From contig CALKWM010000013.1 in NCBI GenBank assembly GCA_938004065.1, forward strand, positions 75,914 to 139,913: DNA of 64,000 bases. Reading direction: 5' to 3'. This DNA comes from an uncultured bacterium (GTDB lineage Bacteria > Patescibacteriota > JAHJAL01). The notes below the pieces were generated by a model. The model worked only from the letters and a program-made list of their open reading frames with translations, ran no database searches and was not told the DNA's origin. This document shows, piece by piece, positions 27,670-38,440 of this stretch. A program made the translations under genes and the position numbers. Numbering within the stretch: position 1 is the stretch's first letter; every line of letters starts with the position of its first letter.

Positions 27670-28311
27670 GTGAATTTCATTGTGTTTATCAGTAAAATAA
27701 TTTATATGCCAAAGTCTAGAGGAGAATATTCGGAAGATATTGAAAGTCAATATAGAAGACTTGAGAGAGTATATAATAAGTTAACTCAAGATTTTAACAA
27801 AGAAAGTTTATCAAAAAGTTCTCAAGAGATTCTTGATTCTGTGATTGAATTTATGACCGTTTGTTATCACTTGCGTGAATTGATAAAAAAAGACCGAAAG
27901 GTTAACAATGTTATTAAGAATAAGTTGCCATTATTTACAGATGTAGATAATAACATTGACCCTACTGATTCAAAAATTGGTTTATTAATTTGTCGTGATT
28001 TGTGTAACAAGTCTAAACATGGATCATTAGACAAAAAGTGGAGACCAAATGATGAGCATACAAAGATTAATATAACTGGTGGGTCGCTGTTTTCAGTTTC
28101 AGTAGAAGAATTAAAAGCCGCTAATAAAGAAAAAATGACTATTCATCTTAAGGAAGGTGATAGTATTTATATAGGAAATTTTACGGTTTTTTTTCGAGGA
28201 AAAAATTATAATTTACTTGGTGTGGTGGATTCATGTATGCATTTTTGGAAAAAATTTTTTGAAGAAAATAATCTTCTTATGCCGAGATATACATTGCGAA
28301 ATAACTTGTGA
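27670..28311 (+). CDS. Hypothetical protein
   Basis: 213-aa ORF. Its stop codon lies inside box 1 of repeat family B. Confidence 0.45.
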   Translation: MNFIVFISKIIYMPKSRGEYSEDIESQYRRLERVYNKLTQDFNKESLSKSSQEILDSVIEFMTVCYHLRELIKKDRKVNNVIKNKLPLFTDVDNNIDPTDSKIGLLICRDLCNKSKHGSLDKKWRPNDEHTKINITGGSLFSVSVEELKAANKEKMTIHLKEGDSIYIGNFTVFFRGKNYNLLGVVDSCMHFWKKFFEENNLLMPRYTLRNNL

Positions 28312-28412
28312 GTAAGGGAGGGGGGTAACTAAATTGTAATCAGTTAATTGGTTTTAGTTTTGAGTATTGCGCGGAGTTTTTCTTAAAAACACAGTTTATG
28401 ACTGTGTTTTTA
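28306..28412 (+). repeat. Repeat family B copy 1 (box 1 over the stop codon, box 2, then a terminator hairpin)
   Basis: Box 1 is gtgagtaagggaggggggtaactaaattgtaat. Box 2 is ttgcgcggagtttt. The terminator is aaaaacacagtttatgactgtgttttt. Confidence 0.6.
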
Positions 28413-28485
28413 TTAATTAGAATTTAATACTATTATTGTATAATAACGTTTGGAACTTAGATTGTATATTTTCTGTTAATAAAAT

Positions 28486-29244
28486 ATGGCGATGAAAATG
28501 TTTGAAAAAGCGATAAAAAATTTTATTCCTTATATGATAGCTATTCTTGTAGGGATAGTTTTTTGTTACTTGTTAATTAGTCTTGGTGGTAGTTTGTCGA
28601 GTGTATTTATTGAAATCTCTGTTTTTTTGTTAATATTGTTCATCTGTTATGTGATTTTTTTATTTGTAGATGAAAAAGAGAGTAATTATATTATGACTCT
28701 CGAAGAAGGCAGAGATATTGCAAATAATAATTTAGAAAAGGACCAAATTTTGTCTTTATTGTGTAGTTATGGGTCCCAAAGAGTTGGTCAAGATCAGGTT
28801 GTTTGGAATATGTTTGGTGCTTTTTGGGCTACAAATGCATTGTTATTGGTTAGTGTTTTTTCTGCTGATGAAGTATGGGATAAAAAATATGTTTGGTTAG
28901 TTGTGTCATTAATTGGTTTTATGGTCTCGGTGGCTTGGTTTTTAGTTCAGGATAGAATGTTGAATAGAATTGCTAGATATGAAATTTCAATTAAGTTTAT
29001 AGAAAAAACGTTAGTTTTTCCAAAACCATTGAGAACATATTCAAATTCTCCTCTAAGGTCCTTGATTGATGTAAGGGCTAGAAATGTTATGCGTTTGGTT
29101 GTTTTTTTGATCGGTGTGACTTGGTTGATAAAAGCCTTACTTGTATATGTACCTTCAATATTTATTATTGTAATTAAGTTTTTTGTTTGGATTGTTGCAG
29201 TGTTAGTATGGGTTATTGCATATTTGCTAAGTATTTTGTATTAG
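28486..29244 (+). CDS. Polytopic membrane protein, hypothetical
   Basis: Six or more hydrophobic helices. Confidence 0.5.
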   Translation: MAMKMFEKAIKNFIPYMIAILVGIVFCYLLISLGGSLSSVFIEISVFLLILFICYVIFLFVDEKESNYIMTLEEGRDIANNNLEKDQILSLLCSYGSQRVGQDQVVWNMFGAFWATNALLLVSVFSADEVWDKKYVWLVVSLIGFMVSVAWFLVQDRMLNRIARYEISIKFIEKTLVFPKPLRTYSNSPLRSLIDVRARNVMRLVVFLIGVTWLIKALLVYVPSIFIIVIKFFVWIVAVLVWVIAYLLSILY

Positions 29245-29312
29245 TAAAGTGGTTCTAACATCGTGTATTGCGCGGAGTTTTGTTTTGAAAGCACAGTTTA
29301 TGACTGTGTTTT
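29243..29312 (+). repeat. Repeat family B copy 2 (box 2 plus terminator hairpin, box 1 degenerate)
   Basis: Box 2 is gttctaacatcgtgtattgcgcggagtttt. The hairpin is the same aaagcacagtttatgactgtgttttt as in copy 1. Confidence 0.55.
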
Positions 29313-29381
29313 TGTTGTTTTTGTATTGAATTGAGATATATTAGTGATATGATTAACTTACTAGTTGGTTAATATGATTTT

Positions 29382-29969
29382 ATGAAAAATAATAATGCTA
29401 AATCAGGTATAATACAGAACACAAAAGAGTTAATAATAAAGAAGGCTTCCGAATTGTTTGCTGATAGCGGTTATCTTGGTGTTTCTATGGAGGATATTGC
29501 CAAGCAACTTAGTATTACAAAAGCCGCTTTGTATTATCATTTTACTGGAAAGGAAGAGTTGTATTCTTCGGTATTGGATGATGTATATTTATCGATGAAT
29601 AAGAAGATAGAAGCAATAAATTTAAAACAAGATTCAACGAAAATTCTGGAGGATTATATTAAGGTTTATATTGATTTTACGATGAAGGAAAAGACATTAT
29701 TGAAAATTTTGTTGCCTAGGGTGATGATGGAAAATGAGGAAATTAGAAAGAAAATTCTTAGTATTCGTAATTTATTCTTGGAAAAAGTTAAGTTTCACTT
29801 AAAAGAGATTGGTAGACAGAAATATCAAAAAGATAAAAAAATGTTGGAGGATGATTCCTTGATGATTATGTATTTTGTTGAAGGATTGCTGTTTGACAAT
29901 TTGATGATAAATAATAAGATTAATTCTTCTAAAATATCTAAGATAATCGTGGCGAAAATAGCAGATTAA
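29382..29969 (+). CDS. TetR-family transcriptional regulator
   Basis: HTH GVSMEDIAKQLSITKAALYYHF. Confidence 0.75.
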   Translation: MKNNNAKSGIIQNTKELIIKKASELFADSGYLGVSMEDIAKQLSITKAALYYHFTGKEELYSSVLDDVYLSMNKKIEAINLKQDSTKILEDYIKVYIDFTMKEKTLLKILLPRVMMENEEIRKKILSIRNLFLEKVKFHLKEIGRQKYQKDKKMLEDDSLMIMYFVEGLLFDNLMINNKINSSKISKIIVAKIAD

Positions 29970-30631
29970 TTGAAAATTATGTCTTTGAGATGATTGATTG
30001 TTTGCTTTGAATAGATAATAGAAATATGTCCCAGAACATTAATTTGTATGTTTTGGGTATTTTTTAATTGGCTAGAAATACTTGGAACTATCTCATCATA
30101 TTTTGATCTGAGGTTAATAATTTTTGGTCTGAATTTATTTTGTGATAATTTTTTCAGAAATTTGCTATTAAGAACGAGTTGATCGGCGGGAATAAATTGT
30201 TGTGGAGGTAATATATTGGCTAGAGGACTGCCATGAATAGGCGAAGCTATTGTGATAACTTTTTTTATTGTTTTTGGATATTTTTTTTCGTAGTTTAGGG
30301 CAATTATTCCACCTAGACTATGGCCGATTAGAATGATGTTTTTGAGTTGATGTTTTTTGATATATTGATTCAGTTTGTCGGTTGTTTTTTCTATGTCTTC
30401 GATATACCATCCAAGATTGGGTATATGAATATTGTGGTTTGATTTATTGAGTTTTTTGAGAAAAGGATAGTAGAGTGGGTGTTGGGTAAACCAGCCGTGA
30501 AGAAAGATGATATTTTTACGGTTAATTGGAGAGGAAATAATTGTTTCTGGCAAAAATATTTGAAATAAGCCGGAAGGAATATAGAGAAAAATGAGGATTA
30601 TTTCGCTGACAATATTGATGATGGTAAGCAT
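29966..30631 (-). CDS. Alpha/beta hydrolase (lipase/esterase-like)
   Basis: GxSxG nucleophile elbow GHSLGG. An N-terminal TM anchor is present. Confidence 0.65.
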   Translation of the reverse strand: MLTIINIVSEIILIFLYIPSGLFQIFLPETIISSPINRKNIIFLHGWFTQHPLYYPFLKKLNKSNHNIHIPNLGWYIEDIEKTTDKLNQYIKKHQLKNIILIGHSLGGIIALNYEKKYPKTIKKVITIASPIHGSPLANILPPQQFIPADQLVLNSKFLKKLSQNKFRPKIINLRSKYDEIVPSISSQLKNTQNIQINVLGHISIIYSKQTINHLKDIIFN

Positions 30632-30816
30632 ATTGTAATGATTATAAATAATGAAAAGCTCCCTAAAAAATATTCAGGGAGCGTGAATTTATTTTATTTT
30701 TATAATGAACTCGCTAATCAATGTCGTTGATTTACTGAGTCCAAGAAAATATATGTATATATTAGCGGCAAGATATCCTAGCCAATAAAGAATGTTTATA
30801 ATTGCTTTTATTTTTA

Positions 30817-31359
30817 TCATTGTTTTTTCTCCTTTCTGGGAAGTAGCAGGGGTAATCCCAATAGGGAATAACCGAAAGACATGATAATGATCAAAAATTG
30901 AATCGCTGTATTTTGCTGGAGGCTGAATAATCCAATATAGATTATTATCATGTATGGATGTGCCATATGCAGAAATATGCCGCTATAAATGAATGTGGCT
31001 ATGATTGATAGTTTATGATTTTTACTACCTCCGCAAAAATCATAAACTTTTCTGGTTATCGAGTGTGTTACTGGATTCCAGGTGGCCCAGAAGGCCTGAT
31101 AGGCACTAGGGATATCTCTTTTTTTTAGAAATCTATGAATGAGTTTTGTGTTTAGGAATTTCTTATTGCTATTTTTTTCTATTTCTAGAAAATATTCTGA
31201 TAAAAAATTGTTGTTGGTAAAGGTCTTAATAGAAAAAGAAAAGCAGTAGACATAATACGAAAAAGTTAATAGAATTATTTTCTTTAGTTCAACTAACTTC
31301 TTGTATTGTTCTAGGCATATTATTCTTTGTTTTGTAATTGACAGAAAATATGCTTGCAT
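30817..31359 (-). CDS. Hypothetical membrane protein
   Basis: Several hydrophobic helices. 180 aa. Confidence 0.4.
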   Translation of the reverse strand: MQAYFLSITKQRIICLEQYKKLVELKKIILLTFSYYVYCFSFSIKTFTNNNFLSEYFLEIEKNSNKKFLNTKLIHRFLKKRDIPSAYQAFWATWNPVTHSITRKVYDFCGGSKNHKLSIIATFIYSGIFLHMAHPYMIIIYIGLFSLQQNTAIQFLIIIMSFGYSLLGLPLLLPRKEKKQ

Positions 31360-31480
31360 TATTCATCCTCCTTTAACTGTACCCGACTTGGTACTTGATT
31401 TTTTCCATTTTTCTATTACAATTGTATTATACTAACCGAACGGTAAGTAAGTCAAGTATTATTTTTAAATTGATTGTTGT

Positions 31481-32716
31481 GTGATGAAGGAACTAGTAAA
31501 CAATTTGCGAATTTCTCTATTTTTGGCCTATAGGGGAATTGTGCGTGGTAATATTGGAACTATCTTAATGACGATAATGATGATGGTGTTGGCTTTTTTA
31601 AATTTGGTGTTTTTATCATCTATTTTTACTGGAATATCAAAGGCGATAGATAGTCAAGCTATAAATATGATGTATGGCAATATATTAATAAAGCCAGGCA
31701 AGGATGATTTTTATATTAAGGATGTGGCCAATAAGATAAGGTTGATTTCTGGTTTGCCAGGGGTAGTTGGAGCGTCTAGTCATTATGTGGATAGTTTATA
31801 TATAGAATTTGATCCTGAGCAGGATGGTTTGGATGTAAAGTCGGGAAATTGGATAACGAAAGCAGTTAATATAAATGAAGATCGACTAGTATCGAATGTA
31901 TCCGATTATATTGTGGAAGGAAGGTTTTTGGATGAAAATAGTCGTGATGAGATTGTTTTAGGCAGAGACGTTGCTGGCACTCATGGAACGGATAAATATA
32001 ATTCTTCTTTGAAAGGTGTGAAGGTGGGCGATAAAGTTTATGCCACTTTTTCCAATGGAATTCGGAGGGAGTATAGGGTAGTTGGAATATTTATGTCAAA
32101 GTCTTTGTTTGCGGATAGCATGATATATATTTCCAAAAACGAATATCAATCTGCTTATCGTGTGAACGGTGTGGCTAATGAGATTGCGGTGAAATTGGAT
32201 CAGGATAATTTGGAAGAAAAATATATAAAAATTATTAAGTCATTGGGTATTGATGATGTGGATATTAAATCATGGAGAGAAGTTAATGAGTTGGGAGGGG
32301 GTATCACCAATAGTTTTACGATGATTAAAGGTATGCTGTCAGCGATTGGTATGCTAGTGGCCGCAGTAACGATATTTATTATTATTTTTGTGAGTGTGGT
32401 GAATCGGCGGAAACAGATTGGAATCATGAAAGCGATTGGTATGCAGGAAGAAATAATTATTATTTCATATATTTGGCAGTCTTTGTTTTATGCTTTGTGT
32501 GGAGTGGTATTCGGTTTGATTATTATGTACAAAGCAATAATTCCGATATTTGTTACTTATCCGCTTGATTTTCCTGTCGGATATGTGAGTTTGGTGTTAA
32601 GTAATAATGATTTATGGACGGCTAGTATTGGTCTTATAGCATCAGCTTTTATAGGTGGGTTAATTCCGTCATTAATGGGAGTAAAAGAGTCAATTTTAAA
32701 ATTAATTTGGGGCTAA
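31481..32716 (+). CDS. ABC transporter permease, FtsX/MacB-like
   Basis: N-terminal TM helix, a roughly 230-aa extracytoplasmic domain and three C-terminal TM helices. Overlaps the downstream ATPase gene. Confidence 0.65.
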   Translation: MMKELVNNLRISLFLAYRGIVRGNIGTILMTIMMMVLAFLNLVFLSSIFTGISKAIDSQAINMMYGNILIKPGKDDFYIKDVANKIRLISGLPGVVGASSHYVDSLYIEFDPEQDGLDVKSGNWITKAVNINEDRLVSNVSDYIVEGRFLDENSRDEIVLGRDVAGTHGTDKYNSSLKGVKVGDKVYATFSNGIRREYRVVGIFMSKSLFADSMIYISKNEYQSAYRVNGVANEIAVKLDQDNLEEKYIKIIKSLGIDDVDIKSWREVNELGGGITNSFTMIKGMLSAIGMLVAAVTIFIIIFVSVVNRRKQIGIMKAIGMQEEIIIISYIWQSLFYALCGVVFGLIIMYKAIIPIFVTYPLDFPVGYVSLVLSNNDLWTASIGLIASAFIGGLIPSLMGVKESILKLIWG

Positions 32717-33387
32717 TTATGATTAATGTGATTGATTTACATAAAACATATATGGGGAAAGTGCCAACAACGGTTTTAAGGGGAATAAATATCGAAGTTG
32801 GTAAGGGTGAGTTTGTAGCAATTATGGGAAAGAGTGGTTCTGGAAAGTCGACTTTGTTACACCAACTTGGTTTATTTGATGTGCCGACTAAAGGAGAAAT
32901 TTTTTATGATGGCGAGCTGGTATCTGATTTGTCGGAGCGAGAAAAGAATAATTTTCGTTTGCATAAATTGGGTTATGTGTTTCAGGAATATGCCTTATTG
33001 CCGGAGTTGAACGTAATTGAGTCGGTGTATTTGCCATTAAAAATGCAAAGCATTGATCAAGATGATTATATATTACGGTCCAAGGAAGCTTTGGATAAAG
33101 TTGGTTTGGCGCATAGAATGAATCATATGCCTAACGAATTATCCGGTGGGGAACAACAGAGGGTGGCTATTGCCCGAGCGATTGTAGGTAGACCAAAGAT
33201 TTTGTTTGCTGATGAACCTTGTGCCAATCTTGATTCAGAATCTTCTGAAATGGTGGTTGATTTATTTCGAAAATTGAATAAGGAATTGGGACAAACTATT
33301 GTGATGGTGACGCACGAACCTGATGATACCAAAAAGGTTGATAGGGTGATTAGATTAAAGAATGGTGTAGTAACTAATGAAGAATAA
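32707..33387 (+). CDS. ABC transporter ATP-binding protein (MacB/LolD-type)
   Basis: Walker A GKSGSGKST, signature LSGGEQQRVAIARA, Walker B ILFADEP. Confidence 0.85.
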   Translation: MGLIMINVIDLHKTYMGKVPTTVLRGINIEVGKGEFVAIMGKSGSGKSTLLHQLGLFDVPTKGEIFYDGELVSDLSEREKNNFRLHKLGYVFQEYALLPELNVIESVYLPLKMQSIDQDDYILRSKEALDKVGLAHRMNHMPNELSGGEQQRVAIARAIVGRPKILFADEPCANLDSESSEMVVDLFRKLNKELGQTIVMVTHEPDDTKKVDRVIRLKNGVVTNEE

Positions 33388-33614
33388 TACTTATCATTTT
33401 TAGCCTAAGCTCGTACTTGTATGGCTAAAGTTAGTATCTGTGAGTTATATTAGGTGAGTGTGAAGTAATTGGAATGGGAAAGTAGAATGGGAGTTTCTTG
33501 GAAATGTTTGTATTCTGAAATTTGTCGACAAGTATATAATTAAAAGAAGGGGAATGATAATTTTTTATTAAAAGTTGTTAAGATGTTGAGAAAAAGAAGA
33601 AATAATATAAATAA

Positions 33615-33715
33615 CTAGTGAGTGAGGGTGTGGGGTAACTAGATTGTAATTAGTAAAGAGGTTCTAACATCGTGTATTGCGCGGAGTTTTTGAAACGAGG
33701 TCTCGAACCTGTTTT
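33615..33715 (+). repeat. Repeat family B copy 3, upstream of the first DGR target gene
   Basis: Box 1 ctagtgagtgagggtgtggggtaactagattgtaat, then gttctaacatcgtgtattgcgcggagtttt, then a hairpin. Confidence 0.6.
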
Positions 33716-33838
33716 GGTTTGGTTTTTTTGGGTGATTTTTTTAGTATCGCCTGATATTTTTATGATTTAAAAGATTGACATAATTGGTTATTTTGTGCTA
33801 TAATGTAGTGATTGTCAGGATGGATTAATTAAAAAGAA

Positions 33839-35878
33839 ATGAAAAAATACAATCTAATAAAAGGCAGATATTGGGAGCAGAAATCTTTATCTTCGAAGGA
33901 TGATAAGGGTGTAAAAGAATGGCAAAAACCGTTTCAAGAGGCAACCGAGAAAGCGGCGAGGCGAACCGAGAGAGAACAGGGTGAAAAGATCCCGAGAGGC
34001 AATGTGGAGAAGATGATTGGCAATTATCTGGATCGCTGGGAGCGGATTGAAGAACAGCGTGGTGGATTGCTGCGAAGATTTTTGGAGCGAAAATATATCA
34101 TCAAGCCGGAAAATATCACCGATGACTATATCCGTAATGTGCTGCTGGGCAACTATGCTGAACTCAAAGGATACGACCGGGAAAAACTGGCCAATGCGGA
34201 AGTGAAAGCGCAAATTGGCAAAATGTTTGAGCAGGAAACGGGCAAAAATCCCAGTAATTTTTCCATATCCAAAAAAGAAAAAATTGATGAGCAAGAGCGC
34301 ATTGTAGCCGATCAGAAAGCCAGTCTGAACGGGTGGCTGGACTATCTGGGTGGGGAGGAAGCCAAAGAAAATTATCCCCGAGAGTTCCGTTATTGGGCGA
34401 TGGCGGAGGTGGTGAAACTGGGAGCGCAAAACAAGGACAAACTGGATTATACCAAGCGCGATCAATATACGGCTGCACCTTTCCCGGAATTGAATCAACA
34501 GGCGCTGGCCAAGGTGTTTGACGAGGTGAAGAGGAAACTGGAAAAAGAACCGTCGCAAATCGGGCTAAACGAAGAAAAAAAGAGGGAGGAATATGAAAAA
34601 AGATTAAAGGGAATGAATTTCGGCAAGCTTTATGGCTGGATGATTGATTATATCAATTCATTGAAACTGCCAATGGAGCGGCTGCCGATCACCCAGGGAG
34701 AGTGGAAAAAATTTGCCAAAAATTCTGATCCCAAAGAATTGACCAGGACAATTCAGGGATTCAATACCGGCTGGTGTATCGCCGGTGAAGGGACGGCCGG
34801 CAGTTATCTGAAAAATCAGGATATCTGGATATATTATTCGGCCGATCAGGAAGGTCAAAACTCAATCCCGCGGGCGGCGGTGGTGACGGATGGCTCAAAA
34901 GTTTTGGAGGTGCGCGGTATTATCCAGACCAGGGAAGTGAAACAGCATCTGGATGACTATATCGCGCCGGTGGTGGAAAAGAAGCTAAAGGAACTGCCGG
35001 GCGGGGAAGAATGGAAGGCGGGCATGGAAGACATGAAATATCTGGCGGAAATTCATTTCAAGCATATGCAAAAAAAACCATTCGACAAGAGTGATCTGGA
35101 ATTTGTCTATGAGCTGGATCATCCGATCAGGAGTATGGGTTACGGGAAGGATCCGCGCATCGAAGAGATCAGAGAAACCAGGGATCTCGAAGCCGATATA
35201 TTGACGGTATTTGATTGTCAGTCGAATGAGATTGTTCACAGTCCAGAAGAACTTAATCAAAACACCAAAGCATATGTCGGAAAATGGAATGTTGATGTCT
35301 GGCAGAAAGTCAAAGAATATCCCAACATCAAACATCTCTTCGAATCATTTCCGGATAAGAAAATATTCATGCGAAAACTGACCACTGATCCAAATGTTGA
35401 CTCGCCTCAGTCCGCCAAAGAAGCTCTGGAGAGTAAGAATATATATGTAGCTGATTGGGCAAAAGATATTTTAGCTAAAACCAAATTCAACCCGGAAAAA
35501 CGAGAATATGAACTGGTGCGATTTACGGTGGCCGATCTTGGGTTTCCTGACGGCGCAACCACGGCGGAAATAATTGGTACGAAAAATGATAAGGATGATA
35601 ATGGCCAACCCGCTCCTTTTACTAGAGGCCGAATGACTGAGCTAGGTCTCTATCTTTGTCCGGCCGAGGTCGGGCCACATTTACGGTTGCAAAACTCCAG
35701 TCAAGATTGGATGTTGATTGCCATGGAACCCATTATCGGCTCCGGTGGCGCTCCGAGCGTGTTCCGTCTGCACTACGGCGGCGGCCGGCTGGAGCTGGAT
35801 GCGTACTACGCTGGGCCGGACGAGCACTGGCTTTCTGCCTATCTTTGGGTCTTCTCTGCCCGCAAGTTTGATACTTAG
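33839..35878 (+). CDS. DGR target protein 1 (679 aa) with a C-terminal variable repeat in a putative C-type-lectin-fold domain
   Basis: The C-terminal roughly 40 aa are encoded by the VR that matches the TR except at adenines. Paralogue of the next gene. Confidence 0.75.
   Translation: MKKYNLIKGRYWEQKSLSSKDDKGVKEWQKPFQEATEKAARRTEREQGEKIPRGNVEKMIGNYLDRWERIEEQRGGLLRRFLERKYIIKPENITDDYIRNVLLGNYAELKGYDREKLANAEVKAQIGKMFEQETGKNPSNFSISKKEKIDEQERIVADQKASLNGWLDYLGGEEAKENYPREFRYWAMAEVVKLGAQNKDKLDYTKRDQYTAAPFPELNQQALAKVFDEVKRKLEKEPSQIGLNEEKKREEYEKRLKGMNFGKLYGWMIDYINSLKLPMERLPITQGEWKKFAKNSDPKELTRTIQGFNTGWCIAGEGTAGSYLKNQDIWIYYSADQEGQNSIPRAAVVTDGSKVLEVRGIIQTREVKQHLDDYIAPVVEKKLKELPGGEEWKAGMEDMKYLAEIHFKHMQKKPFDKSDLEFVYELDHPIRSMGYGKDPRIEEIRETRDLEADILTVFDCQSNEIVHSPEELNQNTKAYVGKWNVDVWQKVKEYPNIKHLFESFPDKKIFMRKLTTDPNVDSPQSAKEALESKNIYVADWAKDILAKTKFNPEKREYELVRFTVADLGFPDGATTAEIIGTKNDKDDNGQPAPFTRGRMTELGLYLCPAEVGPHLRLQNSSQDWMLIAMEPIIGSGGAPSVFRLHYGGGRLELDAYYAGPDEHWLSAYLWVFSARKFDT
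35735..35865 (+). repeat. DGR variable repeat VR1
   Basis: 131 bp aligned to the TR at 38441-38571. There are 24 mismatches, all at TR adenine positions. The 3' segment tgggtcttctctgcccgcaa is conserved and looks like an IMH (initiation of mutagenic homing) sequence. Confidence 0.85.
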
Positions 35879-35973
35879 ATTCTTAGACTCTTTGCTTTTC
35901 TTTTGACTCTTTGTAGCTTTGACCCTTTGACCCTTTGATTTTTGAATCGCGCATTAATTAAGAAAGAAAAATT

Positions 35974-38118
35974 ATGGAAAACAAAAAACAAAACCAAATG
36001 GAAGAGAGTAGATTTTTGCTCCACAAAGAGCCGGATCTGTATAAAAGTGAACCGGTGGAAAAAGCCGTAGAAAAATACAAGCGTCTCAAGAGAGCCGGAA
36101 TAGAAGTGGAGCCGATGGATATCGGTACCAAGGCAGGACGAGTAAAAGCATATATTGATCGGCTAGAAAAAATATACAATCCTGTGCCAGTCAAGAAAGA
36201 ATCAAATTTTGATCGTCGGGAGAGAAATATTAAACTGCTAAACAAGGTTTGGGAGAAACTGGGCACAAGAGAGAAAATCCTTCAGGAAAATATTACCATT
36301 GGCTTGAATGATATTCCTCAAAGTTACTACAACAACAAGGCCCGCATCATGATCGAACAGGGATACGGGGGTGATCTGGAAAGTGGCGGAGTGGTCAAAG
36401 AAAAATATACCGACAAGAAAGGCATAGAAAGAATTAACTATATTTTTCCGGAAGAGATGCGGGAGAAAGAGCTGGAGATAATCCGCAACAATCAAACCAG
36501 AAGTCTGGACAAGTGGCTGAACTACCTTAATTCTGTTGATGCCATGTATCCGGCTTGGGGCAAGCACTGGGCTTTTACCTCAATCCTCAAACTGGGCAAA
36601 TTCCAGAAAAAAGCGGAGATTGATGAAGAGGGAAATATCTCTAATGAGAGGGCAAAATTCCAAAAGAGAAAAAAAAGTACAGTTAACTCCTATCCACTGC
36701 TTAACCCCCGAGCGTTGGCGGTGACGATCGGAACAATGACCAATTATCTGGAAGAAAAAGCCAAGCCAAAAGAACAAAGAGAGTCAATTAAGAACGAAAG
36801 CAAAAAATTAAATGATGAAGAATTTCAAAAACTAATATCAGCAGAGAATTTTGGTGATATTTACGCTCAATTTCTGCTGGAAATGCCGGAGTATTCGGTA
36901 GAAGGTCTAAAAGGGACTGAAGGAAAGTGGGTCAAGTACGTGCAGATAGATGAATATGATGGCGATGATGTAGTCGATGAGCTAGTGAAAAGTATTGAAG
37001 GATATCCACTGGAATGGTGTACGGCCGATCCGGACACGGCCAGGAGTCAACTCGAGCAGGGAGATTTCTGGGTGTATTATTCTTTTAACGAAGACGGTGA
37101 GCCGGTAATTCCCCGTCTGGCCATTCGGATGGAAGGTCAAAACAAGATTGCCGAACCACCTCGCGGTATCGCACCCGATCAAAATCTGGATCCGTATATC
37201 GGATCGGTGTTGGAGAAGAAGCTACAAGACTTTGGCAGTGAAGGAGAGCTTTACAAAAAAAGAGTGGCCGATATGGAAAGATTGACGACTATTTGGCAGA
37301 AAGCAAAAGATGAGAAAGAAATAACTAAGGAAGAGCTGATATTTCTCTACGAAATCGAGGAGAATATTCAAGGGTTTGGGTATGAGAAAGATCCCCGCAT
37401 CAAAGAGATCAGAGAGACCAGAAACCCGGAAAAAGACATGCCGGTAGTATTTGATTGCCAGCCGGAAGAAATAGCTTACAGTCCAGAAAAACTAAACCCA
37501 AACACCAAAGCCTATGTTGGTAAGTGGAATGTGGAAATTTGGCAGGAGATTAGAAAGTACCCCGGCATCAAACATCTCTTCGAATCATTTCCGGACAAAA
37601 AAATCTTCATGCAAAAACTTACCACTGAGGCAAATATCAACTCACCCGAATCGGCTAAAGAGGCTCTGAAAGACAAAAATATCTATGTTTCTGATTGGGC
37701 GAAAGACATTCTTTCCGAAACCAAATTCAGCCCGGAAAAACGAGAATATGAACTGGTGCGATTTACGGTGGCCGATCTGGGATTTCCACGTGGCGCAACC
37801 ACGGCGGAAATAATTGGTACGAAAAATGATAAGGATGATAATGGCCAACCCGCTCCTTTTACTAGAGGCCGAATGACTGAGCTAGGTCTCTATCTTTGTC
37901 CGGCCGAGGTCGGGCCACATTTACGGTTGCAAAACTCCAGTCAAGATTGGATGTTGATTGCCATGGAACCCATTATCGGCTCCGGTGGCGCTCCGAGCGT
38001 GTTCCGTCTGCACTACGGCGGCGGCCGGCTGGAGCTGGATGCGTACTACGCTGGGCCGGACGAGCACTGGCTTTCTGCCTATCTTTGGGTCTTCTCTGCC
38101 CGCAAGTTTGATACTTAG
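35974..38118 (+). CDS. DGR target protein 2 (714 aa), paralogue of target 1 with an identical C-terminal VR
   Basis: The last roughly 115 aa are nearly identical to target 1. The final roughly 390 nt, VR included, are 100% identical to those of target 1. Confidence 0.75.
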   Translation: MENKKQNQMEESRFLLHKEPDLYKSEPVEKAVEKYKRLKRAGIEVEPMDIGTKAGRVKAYIDRLEKIYNPVPVKKESNFDRRERNIKLLNKVWEKLGTREKILQENITIGLNDIPQSYYNNKARIMIEQGYGGDLESGGVVKEKYTDKKGIERINYIFPEEMREKELEIIRNNQTRSLDKWLNYLNSVDAMYPAWGKHWAFTSILKLGKFQKKAEIDEEGNISNERAKFQKRKKSTVNSYPLLNPRALAVTIGTMTNYLEEKAKPKEQRESIKNESKKLNDEEFQKLISAENFGDIYAQFLLEMPEYSVEGLKGTEGKWVKYVQIDEYDGDDVVDELVKSIEGYPLEWCTADPDTARSQLEQGDFWVYYSFNEDGEPVIPRLAIRMEGQNKIAEPPRGIAPDQNLDPYIGSVLEKKLQDFGSEGELYKKRVADMERLTTIWQKAKDEKEITKEELIFLYEIEENIQGFGYEKDPRIKEIRETRNPEKDMPVVFDCQPEEIAYSPEKLNPNTKAYVGKWNVEIWQEIRKYPGIKHLFESFPDKKIFMQKLTTEANINSPESAKEALKDKNIYVSDWAKDILSETKFSPEKREYELVRFTVADLGFPRGATTAEIIGTKNDKDDNGQPAPFTRGRMTELGLYLCPAEVGPHLRLQNSSQDWMLIAMEPIIGSGGAPSVFRLHYGGGRLELDAYYAGPDEHWLSAYLWVFSARKFDT
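37975..38105 (+). repeat. DGR variable repeat VR2 (identical to VR1)
   Basis: Sequence identical to 35735-35865. Confidence 0.85.
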
Positions 38119-38440
38119 ATTCTTAGACTCTTTGCTTTTCTTTTGACTCTTTGTAGCTTTGACCCTTTGACCCTTTGATTTTTCTTGGGGTATTCTATTA
38201 TATTAAAATCAGATTGATTGTTTCGGACGGCTACGGCTTTCCGAAAATCATTCCGACCGGTGCAAGTTAAGTATGTTATCGGCCAAGGCTGGTAACAGAG
38301 ATTTGTATTTTGTCATTAAAAAAGAACAAACTTGGTGTGGTGTGCTCCGGGTGATTTTTGATCACAAATAATATTCAGTCCAGTCTTTTTTGAGCCAATC
38401 AACCAGACGGACGGTGGCGAGGATGGCACACCATACGAAA

